Below the pieces are notes generated by a model. That model was not told the DNA's origin. It ran no database searches and saw only the letters and a list, made by a program, of their open reading frames with translations. A DNA stretch of 62,975 nt, filler included, from Octopus bimaculoides (Eukaryota): NCBI RefSeq assembly GCF_001194135.2. It is 6 parts of 5 records of this genome, joined end to end, with 100 filler letters (N's around TTAATTAATTAA, not from the genome) between each part and the next. Parts side by side here need not be neighbours in the genome. Positions count along the whole stretch, not along the records: positions 1 to 26,599 come from NC_068982.1; 5 more parts are not named here. One strand, given 5' to 3'. A program made the translations under genes and the position numbers. How positions within the stretch are numbered: the stretch's first letter is position 1; each line of letters starts with the position of its first letter. Positions 1-12,530 of the stretch are shown here, piece after piece.

Positions 1-650
1 TTGAGGGTGTAAAGTAATACAAGTTTCTTTTGTTGCTGCATTTTTATACTCACACCGTCTCACCCTCTCACCGTCACATTCTCTCTCTTGCCATAACTGT
101 CTCTTCTCACACGTTAAATGTCAGAGAGAGAGAGAGAGAAGGGGGGAGGATGTCAGAAAGAGATCTTTTTGTTACATGTTTGTGTGTGTGTGTGTGAGTG
201 TGCGTATGTGTGTGTGTGTGTATATGCGTGTGTGTGTGTGTGTATGCGTGTGTGTGTGTGTGTGTGTCAATGTTCTGTGTGAGAAATGCATGAATAAATA
301 TATAAAGAGGAAACGATGTCTCCTGTACACACACACACACACATTTTTGGATTGACGATAAAAAATGTATCAGTGGCCTGATGGTGTAAAATGCTTTCAT
401 CAAATGTGTGTGTGTGTGTAAATGTGTATGAGAGAAATGCATGAAGATCAAGAGGAAGTGATTTCTAATGTCTGTGCGCCCGCATGTACACACGCAATTA
501 TACATATACTAATACATATACAGTCTCCTGTATGTGTGTGTGAATGTATGTGTGTGTGTGTAAGTGTGTGCATGTGCGCGTGTGAGCTTATATGCATACA
601 GGCACACATATACATACAGTAACATAGTAGTTCCTGGTATCTCTCATGTA

Positions 651-715
<65 letters not shown>

Positions 716-978
716 ACTTGGGGATGGTCATATTGCCAGTTTAGCCAATAAAAACACACGCACTGTATATTTGGTGTTAATTTGCTTCAGCTTTATATTA
801 CATTAATCTTAATCTTATTTCGGCCAGAGTTCTTTCGTCACACTTCTGTGACCTCATCAGTGGTCCTTTGTTTCCTTCTTTCTTATGTGTGTCTCACCTT
901 GCTAACTATCAGCCATTTATATATATATATATATATATATATTCATGTATGTTTCTGTATTTGTTACCCCGCCATCGT

Positions 979-1100
979 TTGACAACCAATGCTGGTGTGT
1001 TTATGTCCCTGTAACTTAGCAATTCGGCAAAAGAACCAATAAAATAAGTACTAGGTTTACAAAGAATAATTCCTAGGGTCGATTTCTTCGACTAAAACCC
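979..1100 (+). mobile_element. SINE family B, 3' fragment
   Basis: Reverse complement of the 3' part of the full copy at 62521-62913 (gtgtttatgtccctgtaacttagc..taagtactaggtttacaaagaataa..gtcgat). Confidence 0.7.
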
Positions 1101-1425
1101 TTTCTCTCCGTAACTTACAAAGCTTTTCAGGTTTGTTTACAAATATTCTATGTAGTATTAGACAGTTTAAGTATATATTCATTAAATTTGGCCCCCAATT
1201 GGATGCGCAAGGAGACGTGTAGACGTTGATTTGTGAGTTTGATTCTGGTTATGGTTAGCTCATCGTTTTTCGGTCATTTGTTTGTATTTAAAAATTGTCG
1301 ATTCAAATCGGCGAATATATATTATTATGATATATTATGATACAGTTCTGATTATACTATGAGTCTTCTATAGTAGTTTTCTCTCCGTAACTAACAAAGC
1401 CTTTCTCGTTAGTTTACAAATATTA
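1101..1425 (+). repeat. ~280-bp interspersed repeat unit (family E) with direct terminal repeat
   Basis: tttctctccgtaact.acaaagc.ttt..gtttacaaatatt occurs at ~1101 and ~1378. The body is homologous to the reverse complement of 50340-50660. Confidence 0.65.
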
Positions 1426-1640
1426 TTCATACATACATATATACATATATATACATATACATACGCGCCCGCACACACACACACACACGCACACACCGAT
1501 ATACATATTTATGTACGGTTACCAACTTACCTACATACAGACATACATGCATATTCATATAAACATGTACATAGCTTTTCTATAAATTTATAGAGAGACT
1601 TTCAACACTTATACGGAAACTATAATGTCCATTTTTACGC

Positions 1641-1691
<51 letters not shown>

Positions 1692-1979
1692 TGTGATCAT
1701 GTATTTGTGTATACGCATTTGTGTATACGCATCTGTGCGTGCACACACGATACTGATAGCGTATTAGTTATTCGGAGACGTTGGTAATGTAAGACGAAGC
1801 AGTTATTTTAACACAGATAAGAAACCCTAAGAGAGGTGAGGTGCTGAAGAAGTCTACGGAGAGTTGATAACGAAATTGGGTTTAATGATATTTTTGACTA
1901 ATAATGGTCAACTTGCCATTCTGAGTTTTAGATAACCATATACTATATTTTTTTTTAAATTCCGTGTTTGAATATGGTA

Positions 1980-2032
<53 letters not shown>

Positions 2033-2184
2033 GTGTATGTGTTTATGTATGCATATTTGCATATTTGTATGCATATATACATACATACATTCATACATAC
2101 ATACATATGCTTCTTTCACTGAGTCCTCTTCTTTTTCTGCATTATCTTCATCACCATCACCATTAACTACACCATTATCCTCAG

Positions 2185-2239
<55 letters not shown>

Positions 2240-3031
2240 TCTTTCCATTTATCTATCTGTTGTTCTTGTTTAGCCCCGGATCGACCATGATCAGGTATGT
2301 AGTGAAACGACTAAGTTGGGACCCATAGATAGATTCATTGCTCCAAGATCAATGGATCTCAATGTAGTCGCTTCACTTCGTTAGTGATGTGAGCGCGTGT
2401 TTTTGTGTATGTGAGTATGTGTACGAAGGCAATATATGGATGCCTAAGTATTTACTCTATTTCGATGAGTGAGAAACCTTGTGTAAACACACACACACAC
2501 ATATATATATANNNNNNNNNNNNNNNNNNNNNNNNNNNNNNNNNNNNNNNNNNNNNNNNNNNNNNNNNNNNNNNNNNNNNNNNNNNNNNNNNNNNNNNNN
2601 NNNNNNNNNNNNNNNNNNNNNNNNNNNNNNNNNNNNNNNNNNNNNNNNNNNNNNNNNNNNNNNNNNNNNNNNNNNNNNNNNNNNNNNNNNNNNNNNNNNN
2701 NNNNNNNNNNNNNNNNNNNNNNNNNNNNNNNNNNNNNNNNNNNNNNNNNNNNNNNNNNNNNNNNNNNNNNNNNNNNNNNNNNNNNNNNNNNNNNNNNNNN
2801 NNNNNNNNNNNNNNNNNNNNNNNNNNNNNNNNNNNNNNNNNNNNNNNNNNNNNNNNNTAATGTTATAAAACGGGATAAAAATCCTCCTTATAAAAGAAAC
2901 ATCCTGAAGATGAGACCTGGAAACGTTGATAAAAGATGAACTACGGGGGTCTTATATGTAGATATAGAAGCGCCGAATAAAAACATTAAATTAGAATTGA
3001 GTTGTGTTTTCTATATTTTATGCCATTCACG

Positions 3032-3264
3032 AAGGCGGCGAGCTGGCAGAAACGTTAGCACGCCGGGCGAAATGCTTAGCAGTATTTCGTTTACCGTTAC
3101 GCTCTGAGTTCAAATTCCGCCGCGGTCGACTTTGCCTTTCATCCTTTCGGGATCGATAAATTAAGTACAAGTTGCGTACTGGGATCGATGTAATCGACTT
3201 ATTCCCTTTGTCTGTCCTTGTTTGTCCACTCTATGTTTAGCCCCTTGTGGGCAATAAAGAAATA
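3032..3264 (+). mobile_element. tRNA-derived SINE family A
   Basis: Head ggcggcgagctggcagaa.cgttagc, B-box-like gagttcaaattcc, body gtcgactttgcctttcatcctttcggg..gataaa; multiple homologous copies in the window. Confidence 0.85.
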
Positions 3265-3471
3265 AGAATCGTTAGCACGCCGGGCGAAAGGCTTAGCGGT
3301 ATTTCGTCAGTCTTTACGTTCTGAGTTCAAATTCCACCGAGGTCGACTTTGCCTTTCATCATTTCGGGGTCGATAAATTAAGTACTAGTTGCGTACTGGG
3401 GTCGATCTAATCGACTGGCCCCCCTTCCCCCAAAATTATCAAGGCCTTTTGCCTAGAGTAGAAAAGAATAT
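3265..3471 (+). mobile_element. tRNA-derived SINE family A, second copy abutting the first
   Basis: Restarts at agaatcgttagcacgccgggcgaaa directly after the tail of the preceding copy and has a different 3' tail. Confidence 0.85.
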
Positions 3472-3586
3472 TTTATGCCAAAATTTATGTCAAAATTTGA
3501 AGCCAATACTTTTATACATACATACACACAGAAACCCACATATGTATATATATCGGCGTACGTACACTTTGGTCTCTTATATGTAA

Positions 3587-3622
<36 letters not shown>

Positions 3623-5504
3623 NNNNNNNNNNATATCTAAATTTTGTAAGTTTCTATTCTTTCATTCTTTCCTTCTATCAGCCCTTACACACTTCGTTCA
3701 TTCCACCCTTCGTTCTTTCGTTCCCCCTCTCACATTTCCTGGCCTTCTCTTCATGCTCCCTTTCCTGCCTCTTTCACATCACGGTGTCTCATTTTTTTCT
3801 AGCCCCTCCCTTAATTCTTCTATACCTCTGCCTCTACCTCTCTTCTCACCCTACGTGACCAGTGTTCGGCCAGGTCTGACCTTTCTTTCTTGGTTTGACA
3901 ACCATCCGTGCAACATCTATATTCCTCCCTGTACTTGTTAAATCTTATATCCCTGCTGTAAGGCTTTACTTCCACACACGCCTGCTTAATTTAATTCGTC
4001 CTTAGTCGAAAGACACCTGTTGTCATGTCCTGTTAATTGCATATGTATTTGTGTAACATTTCTCTGTTTTTTTCCGTCCTTATTTTCGTATACATTCGCT
4101 GCTTTCTTCCAAGGAATCTAATGTTCTTAACTTAGTTTTTCCTTAAGGATGGCCAGATTGGAGCAATCTCGGGTATAACCAGCCGAAATTGCAAAGATAA
4201 TTTGGAACTCGACTGAGGATAGAAAACTCCGAATGACTTGTCCTTGCTTTGGATGTTTTGTTGTCCCTTTTTTGTATCACCTAACTGTCTGGATGTTTTG
4301 CGTTCTTGCCCCATTGTTGTATTATATATNNNNNNNNNNNNNNNNNNNNNNNNNNNNNNNNNNNNNNNNNNNNNNNNNNNNNNNNNNNNNNNNNNNNNNN
4401 NNNNNNNNNNNNNNNNNNNNNNNNNNNNNNNNNNNNNNNNNNNNNNNNNNNNNNNNNNNNNNNNNNNNNNNNNNNNNNNNNNNNNNNNNNNNNNNNNNNN
4501 NNNNNNNNNNNNNNNNNNNNNNNNNNNNNNNNNNNNNNNNNNNNNNNNNNNNNNNNNNNNNNNNNNNNNNNNNNNNNNNNNNNNNNNNNNNNNNNNNNNN
4601 NNNNNNNNNNNNNNNNNNNNNNNNNNNNNNNNNNNNNNNNNNNNNNNNNNNNNNNNNNNNNNNNNNNNNNNNNNNNNNNNNNNNNNNNNNNNNNNNNNNN
4701 NNNNNNNNNNNNNNNNNNNNNNNNNNNNNNNNNNNNNNNNNNNNNNNNNNNNNNNNNNNNNNNNNNNNNNNNNNNNNNNNNNNNNNNNNNNNNNNNNNNN
4801 NNNNNNNNNNNNNNNNNNNNNNNNNNNNNNNNNNNNNNNNNNNNNNNNNNNNNNNNNNNNNNNNNNNNNNNNNNNNNNNNNNNNNNNNNNNNNNNNNNNN
4901 NNNNNNNNNNNNNNNNNNNNNNNNNNNNNNNNNNNNNNNNNNNNNNNNNNNNNNNNNNNNNNNNNNNNNNNNNNNNNNNNNNNNNNNNNNNNNNNNNNNN
5001 NNNNNNNNNNNNNNNNNNNNNNNNNNNNNNNNNNNNNNNNNNNNNNNNNNNNNNNNNNNNNNNNNNNNNNNNNNNNNNNNNNNNNNNNNNNNNNNNNNNN
5101 NNNNNNNNNNNNNNNNNNNNNNNNNNNNNNNNNNNNNNNNNNNNNNNNNNNNNNNNNNNNNNNNNNNNNNNNNNNGAGAGAGAGAAGGAAAGAGAGATAG
5201 AGGTAGACAGACAGAGAAAGAGAGGATGAATGAGAAAAGAAAGACTGTGTGTTGAGTGAGAGTGTGCTGAGTGAGAAATACGAGAGAGAGAAAGATTCAG
5301 AGTTTTAATTTTTTCCAATTTTTGGTCCTTTACATGTCCGATTTGTTTCAAGAAGGTGCAAAATCAGCTTTAACGCTAATATCTGTCCCTATCTGTATTG
5401 TATCATTGAAATATCGAAAAACTTTTGATCGTCTCTGAAGGTATTTTTTCAACCTTCAATCATGAAATGAGAATGTAAATTCATTTCAGAATTAAATGTA
5501 TATA

Positions 5505-5587
5505 ATTCTTAAACAAGAATATCATTGACAATGACTTCGAAGTTTTGGCCAGCTAATTCGCTGTCAATAATATTCTTGTTTAAGAAT
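5505..5587. repeat. Short inverted repeat (hairpin or MITE-like)
   Basis: Arms attcttaaacaagaatatcattgaca and tgtcaataatattcttgtttaagaat, 25/26 complementary, ~31-nt spacer. Confidence 0.8.
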
Positions 5588-6299
5588 AATAAATTTGTAC
5601 ACTACAAAAACATAGAGTAACTCATCATATTAAAGTAAAATCGTTTTTATGATTGAACATAAAAACAAACAAACAAATATGTATGTATGTATGTATGTTT
5701 CAGGGTTCCATATGAAGCAAAACAACCCCGTAAATTGAAAGTTTAGTATATAAGTCTGATACAAAGGTCTCTTCAACAAATAAACGTATTACTTACAAAG
5801 ATTGGTAAAGTGAGAATGTTCACCAATGAAAATTAACAGATTACACATAAACAAATGAAGGTGTCTTTATGAAGCTATACTGTCTAATAGAAATAATCAA
5901 ATTTCCCTCAAATAACACCTATTTTTTTAATGAAATGACATGGGCATTGTAGTCGTACGTAAACAGAGACGTGATGGCCATGGATGGAATGCCTGTAATC
6001 ATTGAGCAAAGTAGTGGCGACAGATTAACCAATTGCTCTCAAACCGGAAAATATCAGGTTGCCACCAATATTAGTGGACGTTTTTGTTCCCCACCCTACC
6101 CCTTGCGCTCTTTTTTAATGAGAAGACAAAATTACTTGCATTCATATAATTCTTCCTTCGCTATGACGTTTGATAAATTCAAAAAGTTTAAAATCATCTT
6201 AATATTATTAAATATGGCAATGTATTCACTCACTTTTCCAATCTTCATTCGCCCCAGAGGGCGGGAAGATTGTCCCATCTATGAGAATCACTCGATTAA

Positions 6300-6890
6300 T
6301 CTGTTAACTCTGATAACGAAAATGAACAAGACAGTAGCTGAAAGTGTCATATATTTCACACAATGCAAATCAATAAACCAGTCCAATGTTGTTACAAAGA
6401 AAATTTTTCCTAATTTCCAAGTAACAGAAAATATTCCAAGATCTAAAACTGAGTCGGAAATTATTCGGAATTCAGTAATTATGCTACAGGCACTTATGAC
6501 GTTAAAAGAAAAAGAACCTTACTTGTTGAAGTGGTGCTACAGATATAAGCAATTATGGCTCAGTGAAAGGTTTCCTTGTTCATTTCCTACTTAATAGAAA
6601 GTATGGTTGTTTGCAGTCAAACATAATCGAGTTCAGAAGCGCATCAAATGAAATTGTTAAAGCCAAGGCATTAAAGATACTCCTGGAGAAAAAAGATATA
6701 TTAGTGAAACAAATGGAATTTAAGACTAATAATTGGTATAAGATCTAAAGTACATTTGAACGTGTTGAAGGAAGAAATAATTCTATCGCAAATTTAGAGA
6801 ATCACATAAGTTGTTTGCCCAGAATACATTTGAAACAGAAGTTTCAAATGTACACGAGACAAATGGAAAAAAAAAAGTGGTGAAGTATTA
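6300..6890 (+). mobile_element. Degenerate DNA-transposase remnant, probably hAT superfamily
   Basis: TVAESVIYF..KKIFPNFQVTENIPRSKTESEIIRNSVI, followed by frameshifted segments, resembles hAT-type IFPDS..A.KISCARTK.EAII.SV. Part of ORFs 5971..6594 and 6563..6748. Heavily decayed. Confidence 0.4.
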
Positions 6891-7994
6891 ATGTTGAAAA
6901 TATATCATCGTAAAAATTCACGAGTATTTCTATATATCAAAATTGAATAGAGTTGCTCTCTCGCAGTAAAACAAGATGGCTGTTGCTAAGAAAGTAATTC
7001 TTTCTAAGATGAAACTCCACTGTAATTAAAAATGGTTCTGGCAACGAATCGAGAGTGATATATCTAAGTCACATACATTTTAAAAACTAGATTAGCCATA
7101 CGACAAAAGGAAGCAACCATTACACTCTTTGGGTTTCCGATACTGAGATGAGTAAGTTTGTTTCTTTATTGCCCACAAGGGGCCAACGAAGTGTGGACAA
7201 TACAAGACATGTGGGTGGATAATACAAGACATGTGGGTGGATGATAAATGAATATGAGAAATGGAATGAAGTTCTCTCAGTCCCACCTCTGAGTCACTTC
7301 ATTTATACCTTTGTTCACTTTTTATACTTCGTGCCTGCCAGGACATCGAACCCGTACTCCTCCACTAGTTGTACGTACGTCAAATGCAATGATAATTTTT
7401 CAATATCCAGGTCTATTTCCCATATTTTATAACCGCTTTAAATTTTTTTGAGTTTTTCCTTTTGTTCTTCATTTAATAACAGGCAACAATGCCACCCTTG
7501 CATATTATCATATTTATTTGTTTCCAGTGGTCTTATGTCTTTCCATGTTTTAATCTCCTCGCACATTTTTCTGTTAGAATTGTCATATATTACTGTGTAA
7601 TTGTTCTTTTTCTTTTTTCCCGGAGGTGGGGAAGTTGGAGAGCTTGTATCCGTATGCGATTGTTTGTGTGTCAGAGGGAGGTGAGTAGGTTCAGCGTCTG
7701 TAGGGGAGGGTGAGAGGAAGAGGATGTGGGTGGGTGTTGGGTAGGGTTCTGCGTTTGTTTTGCTTGGTTTCTTCCTTTTCCTTTTTTTTTCTTCTGTTTC
7801 TGCTGGTGTTATTACTTACGTTTTTCTTGTCTGTACTTCCGTCTTTTTGGCTTGTAGAGGGCAGTTCGCTTTCTGGCCACACTTGTAGCATCCAGGGGTC
7901 CTGCCCTCTACTCTTATCCACTTTACATCTATCGATAGTGTCTCTGGTATTTCCTCAATAATGTCTTTTGGCCCTTGGATGTATTTTTTTAAAT

Positions 7995-8185
7995 TGTTTA
8001 CTTGTTTCAGTCATGGGACAGCCGCCATGCTGGAACACCGATTTGAAGGATTTAGTGGAACAAATTGACTTTAGTACTAATTTTTAAAACCTGGTACTCG
8101 TTCTATTGGTCTCCCTTACTGAGCCGCTAAGTTACGAGAACGTAAACAGACTAGTACCAATTTTAAAGTGGTGGTGACCCCCCCC
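7995..8185 (-). mobile_element. SINE family B, 3' half
   Basis: ttgtttcagtcat..gccatgctggaacaccg..gctaagttacg.g.acgtaaaca; homologous to 62521-62700. Confidence 0.75.
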
Positions 8186-8759
8186 CCCACACACACACAC
8201 ACAAACGCACACATGTATATATACATATACATACACACGCACAGCAAACACGCGCGCACACACACACACATGTATGTAAGTGCGCTCGTTTGTGCACTGT
8301 CTTTTGATAGGTCTTGTTTTTCCTCCTGCAGGTTGCCCCTTATCTCTTAACCAAGCTTGAGATTGCCTGTTTAGTCGCCGACCATTCGACTAAGCAACAG
8401 ATTGTACTGGGGATACATGTTATTAATAGCGCTCATAAGTGACCTGTGGCAAAGAGTTCTCTACCAGGAATAGGCCCTATCGGCCTGTTTATGACACTCT
8501 TTCTTCTGTGTATTAAAATATATTCCCGGTTGAGAACTTCTGAGGTTGAGGATGGAGCGGGAAGAAAATGCCATAAATAAGCAATCCTTCTCTGTTTTCT
8601 TTCATTCTTTTTTATTTAGTTTCATTTTTTTACAGCTACAAGATCATCGTCAAATTTGACGGACGAAATTTCATATATGCATATATGTTTGTAAGTTTTG
8701 TTTATAATTATTTAAATTCTTCCTCTGAGGAAGGAACTGGTTTCTANNNNNNNNNNAAA

Positions 8760-9335
8760 TTGTATTTGTAATGTGTGAGTTTGTTGATTTCTTTTTCTGA
8801 AAATCCAGGCTTATCCAGACTGTCAGTTAGGTCTTTACTATCAAAACTTAATACATCAATTACTATTGGTATAAATGTAAATTTGTAATCTGGATATAAA
8901 AGTTGGAAGTTTCGAAGCAGCTGTCCATTCCATAGCTATCCTCTTTCTCTTTGGTTTTCAAAAATATATTCACACCTGCAGGACAGCTGACCTCTATGGC
9001 AATACATACTTTTCCTTGTCTGTCCCAAGTAACAATATCCGGCCTGTTAAGCTTACACTTGACAGATGTTTTGATGAGAATGTTCCACCAGTATTCTTTA
9101 TGTTGATGTTTGTGTACGTATTCAATAACAGGTGTATTCTCTATATTTATTTCAGGACAGTCTTTTTTCGAATGGCATTGTATATTGTTTTTGCGACAAC
9201 GCCGTGTTGCATCGGGAGGTAGGACTTTAATGACATTTTTGGGCAGCAGCTAACCAAGTCTGATGCCTTCCACAGAAATATGACATAATCTATGTTTTCG
9301 GTTGCATCTTGAAATCTAGGGCTCCACTGTCTCTT
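8760..9335 (-). mobile_element. RLE-type non-LTR retrotransposon (R4/Dong/NeSL-like), 3' fragment with restriction-like endonuclease
   Basis: Minus-strand translation across frameshifts: ..CPKMSLKSYLPMQHGVVAKTIYNAIRKKDCPE..EYWWNILIKTSVKCKLNRPDIVTWDRQGKVCIAIEVSCPAGVNIFLKTKEKEDSY..IPIVIDVL. This gives an RH-like motif, a PD-(D/E)xK core (RPD..IEVSCP) and the IPIV motif. Confidence 0.75.
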
Positions 9336-9376
9336 GTTTATTAGGTATGTATGTATGAATGTATATATGTATGTAT

Positions 9377-9590
9377 GATGGTCTTGTCATCTTGTCCGTT
9401 TAGAGGACACCCGAATTCCAAATCAAGTGTTGTATGGTGAGCTGGGAAAAAGAAAACGTCCCCGTTGCAAGCCATGTAACATCTCAAATACAATCTTAAA
9501 GAGATTCTTAAAAAGATCAATGTAAATACTAACACCTGCGAAGGTCTTGCATCAGATAGACAGCTGTGGAAGAATATGATTGCTACTGAT
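9377..9590 (+). mobile_element. RTE (BovB-like) LINE 3' fragment
   Basis: Translates WSCHLVRLEDTRIPNQVLYGELGKRKRPR..LKEILKKINVNTNTCEGLASDRQLWKNMI, typical of the post-RT region of RTE elements. Confidence 0.7.
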
Positions 9591-9595
9591 TTGTA

Positions 9596-11109
9596 GCGGA
9601 GAACTACAAATGCCTAGGGGTATTTGAAGGGGATGGAATCAAACACTCAATGATGAGGGAAAAGATCAGAAGAGAATATCGCAGGGTAAGGGCAACACTC
9701 AAGACAGAGTTGAATTCAAGAAACAGGATCGAAGCGGTCAATGCTCTAGCCATACCAGTCCTGACTTACAGTTTCAGTATCATTAACTGGTCAATTACTG
9801 AAATATGTAATCTTGACAGAAAAATACGAAAAATGCTGACAATGCATAGAAGGCACCACTGTAAGGCAGATATAGAACGACTTTATCTGCCAAGAAAAGA
9901 GGGTGGCTGTGGACTTTTACAACTGGAATTTATAAGAAGATTACCACAATTGGCCTAGACACCTACCTTAAAAACTCTGATGACTGGATGTTAAAACTTG
10001 TCTCAAAGCATGAAAACAAGAAAGTATCATACTCAGTAACAAAACAGGCAAAATAATATCTAAGTGAATTCCAAATACAAGTTCCAGAATTAGACGTGCG
10101 AGAAACAAGCACAGAAGAAACTAAGCGTATGAAAATCCGTACTAAAATTGCTGCCTTAGATATTCTTACTGATAAATGGCAAGAAAAACCTGACAATGCC
10201 AAATACCCAAAGAGAGCGAATAGTGCCAATGTTGACAAAGCCCTTACTCATCAATGGTTAGTGTCTTCTGGCTTAAAATCAGAAACAGAAGGGTTTATCA
10301 TAGCAGCCCAAGATCAATGCCTACCTACTAGAAACTACTAGGCCAACATATTAAAGAACAGCAGTAGCCCAACATGTCGTATATGTAAACAACAAAATGA
10401 AACCATTGATCATGTTGTCTCCATGTGCAGTCTTCTTGCGCCTACAGAGTATCTCAACAGGCATCATAGAGTAGCATAGAGTATTCACTAGGTAATTTTC
10501 AAACACCTGGACCTGCCCCATGATAAAAACTGGTGGGAACACAAACCCCCTCCAGTTCTTGAAAATGATCACATCTCACTCCTCTGGAACGTCAGGCCAG
10601 ACATTATATTGAAAGACTTCAGACAAAGATCAAGACTCCTCATTGATATGGCTGTCCCAATCGATATAAACGTATCTGTCAATACCTATCAAAAACTGAG
10701 CAAGTATAAAGATCTTGAAATAGAAATTGGCAAATTGGCAAAATGTGGAACCTCAAGACTAAAGCAATACCTGTTGTCATAGGTACCCTAGGAATGACAG
10801 CAAAAGGAGCTGATTCCTACCTAGCTCAGATAGCAGGAAACCCCAAAATGGCAGAAATTCAAAAGATAGTGCTCATGGGAACTGCCCATATCCTACGTAA
10901 AATGTCATCTCAAATTTTAAAACAGATTCATTATTTTCTTATGTTTTCTTAAACATTCTATAGAACAATATTATGTGCAAAACCAAATATATGACACCCA
11001 AGGCATAATACCAACATGAACTTCTAACTTGTCTCTTGAGGTCTCTGGATGAGACTTGGATCCAACTTGTACAAATAAGAAGCAAAAGTCAAACAGATAA
11101 TAATAATAA
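9596..11109 (+). mobile_element. R4/Dong-like RLE non-LTR retrotransposon, 5'-truncated and decayed, ending in (TAA)n
   Basis: YKCLGV..EKIRREY..RLYLPRKEGG.GL (RT end), GLKSETEGFIIAAQDQ, CCHC knuckle CRICKQQNETIDHVVSMC, RH motif, RPDI..IDMAVP and KLSKYKDL endonuclease, IPVVIGTLG; 3' UTR followed by TAA repeats. Several stops and frameshifts. Confidence 0.88.
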
Positions 11110-11120
11110 NNNNNNNNNNG

Positions 11121-11470
11121 TACAGTTATTATCTTATCTATAGTTGTTGAAAGGGTGCTGAGAATGACATCTATTTCATTAATAAAGAAATAATAAATGT
11201 ATTCAATCAAGCTACGACATTACACATTACACATATTTCTGAGATTGATTTCAAACTCGGAAATCAAATTTTTATCGCTATTTTTCGGCAGGATAATAAT
11301 GTTTCGTAGCATAGATATAAAACCATATTGAGTGGGAATATAGGAATATATGATATAATGATATCAAACCAATGTAATATACTATCTCAAAGATAGCGTG
11401 TTTGTACTACTACTACTACTACAACTACTACTACTACTACTACTACAACTACTACTACACACATACATAT
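11121..11470 (+). repeat. Local direct duplication, copy 1
   Basis: 11121-11410 aligns without gaps to 12911-13200 (offset 1790) with 9 substitutions counted by eye. Confidence 0.9.
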
Positions 11471-11886
11471 TCTTTTTTGTGGAAGGGAGCATATTTAGTG
11501 GTATAGTAGTTGTAATTATAACAATGGTCACAGCAGAGGAGGGTGACAATTCAGCAAAGACAATGACTGTAATTGATTTGTGTTGAATAGTTGCTTATAA
11601 GGCATGTAACTTTTTATGAGATGCAGTCATGTATTTTGGTCACAGAAGCAGGTGAATGCCGAAGCGGGCCTGGACAATGGCAATTCTATAACTGTGCAGG
11701 AGTAAAGAATATTTTAAATTCTGTTTCCTCAAAGGAATTTTGCATATGTTGTAGTCTCACATAGAATCTGAGAAAACAATATAATTTCTATGTGTAAAAC
11801 TTAGATATGTTTTGACCAAAGATTGGTCCAGGCCATGTCTAATTTAATAGCACCACCTGATAGGATTATCTAAATCCTTTTTACAG

Positions 11887-12330
11887 TCAAGTTTTGTTTA
11901 TGGTCCATTGAAGTAGTGAGTTCTTATTGAGTGAGTTGTATCCAGGTATGGGTGGCTTGTCTGGTATTCTTTGAAGAAAGCTGTCTAGACTCCGTTTAAA
12001 GCTCATAGGATCCTTTTCCTCTTTTATCTGTTTCGGGACAATGTTAAACTGGGCAGGGCCTGTTGAGGAAAAGAAATTATGCCCCAGTGTACCTATATGC
12101 TGTGATCCTGAATTGAGCAGGGGATGTATGGATCGTGGTCCCAGCCTTGGATGAACCTTGAAACTAATGTTCAGGTCGTTTGGGCAATGCTGGCAGTATA
12201 TTTTCCACATCGTACAAATGATGTACAGCTCGCAGCGGCGCTGGAGAGAGTAGAGCTTCAAGGCTTTAAGGCGGTCCCAGTAATCAAGATCACTCATGCC
12301 TTCAATTCGTAAGCATTGATAGAATTTCAA
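11887..12330 (-). mobile_element. CR1/Crack-like LINE, ORF2 C-terminal fragment
   Basis: LDYWDRLKALKLYSLQRR..HPRLG..GPAQFNIVPKQIK..FKRSLDSFLQRIPDKPPIPGY (ORF 11887..12474); homologous to 13611-14000. Confidence 0.75.
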
Positions 12331-12408
12331 TTCATAAGCAGAGAATCCGGAGTGGAATTTTGTTTTCTGGTCATGTGTTGTTGTTTGGGTTCTTATTANN
12401 NNNNNNNN

Positions 12409-12478
12409 ACTTGTCTCTTGAGGTCTCTGGATGAGACTTGGATCCAACTTGTACAAATAAGAAGCAAAAGTCAAACAG

Positions 12479-12520
<42 letters not shown>

Positions 12521-12530
12521 GTAATAATTA
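12409..12530 (+). mobile_element. Second copy of the R4/Dong-like 3' terminus plus (TAA)n
   Basis: ~70 bp identical to 11027-11100 (acttgtctcttgaggtctctggatgagacttgg..gtcaaacaga), followed by a long TAA array. Confidence 0.85.

Noticed and set aside
5971-6594. 207-aa ORF as a host gene
   Set aside because: Only the 3' half has recognisable similarity, to a decayed transposase; the 5' half looks like chance open frame.
8323-8700. Acceptor-like sites at ~8323 and ~8635 with possible small exons
   Set aside because: The translations match nothing I recognise and there is no consistent exon chain.
9146-9208. Apparent + strand exon (ttcAG..GTagg) encoding DSLFSNGIVYCFCDNAVLHRE, GPCR TM7-like
   Set aside because: The opposite strand translates as a coherent RLE retrotransposon endonuclease region, so the splice signals are probably coincidental.
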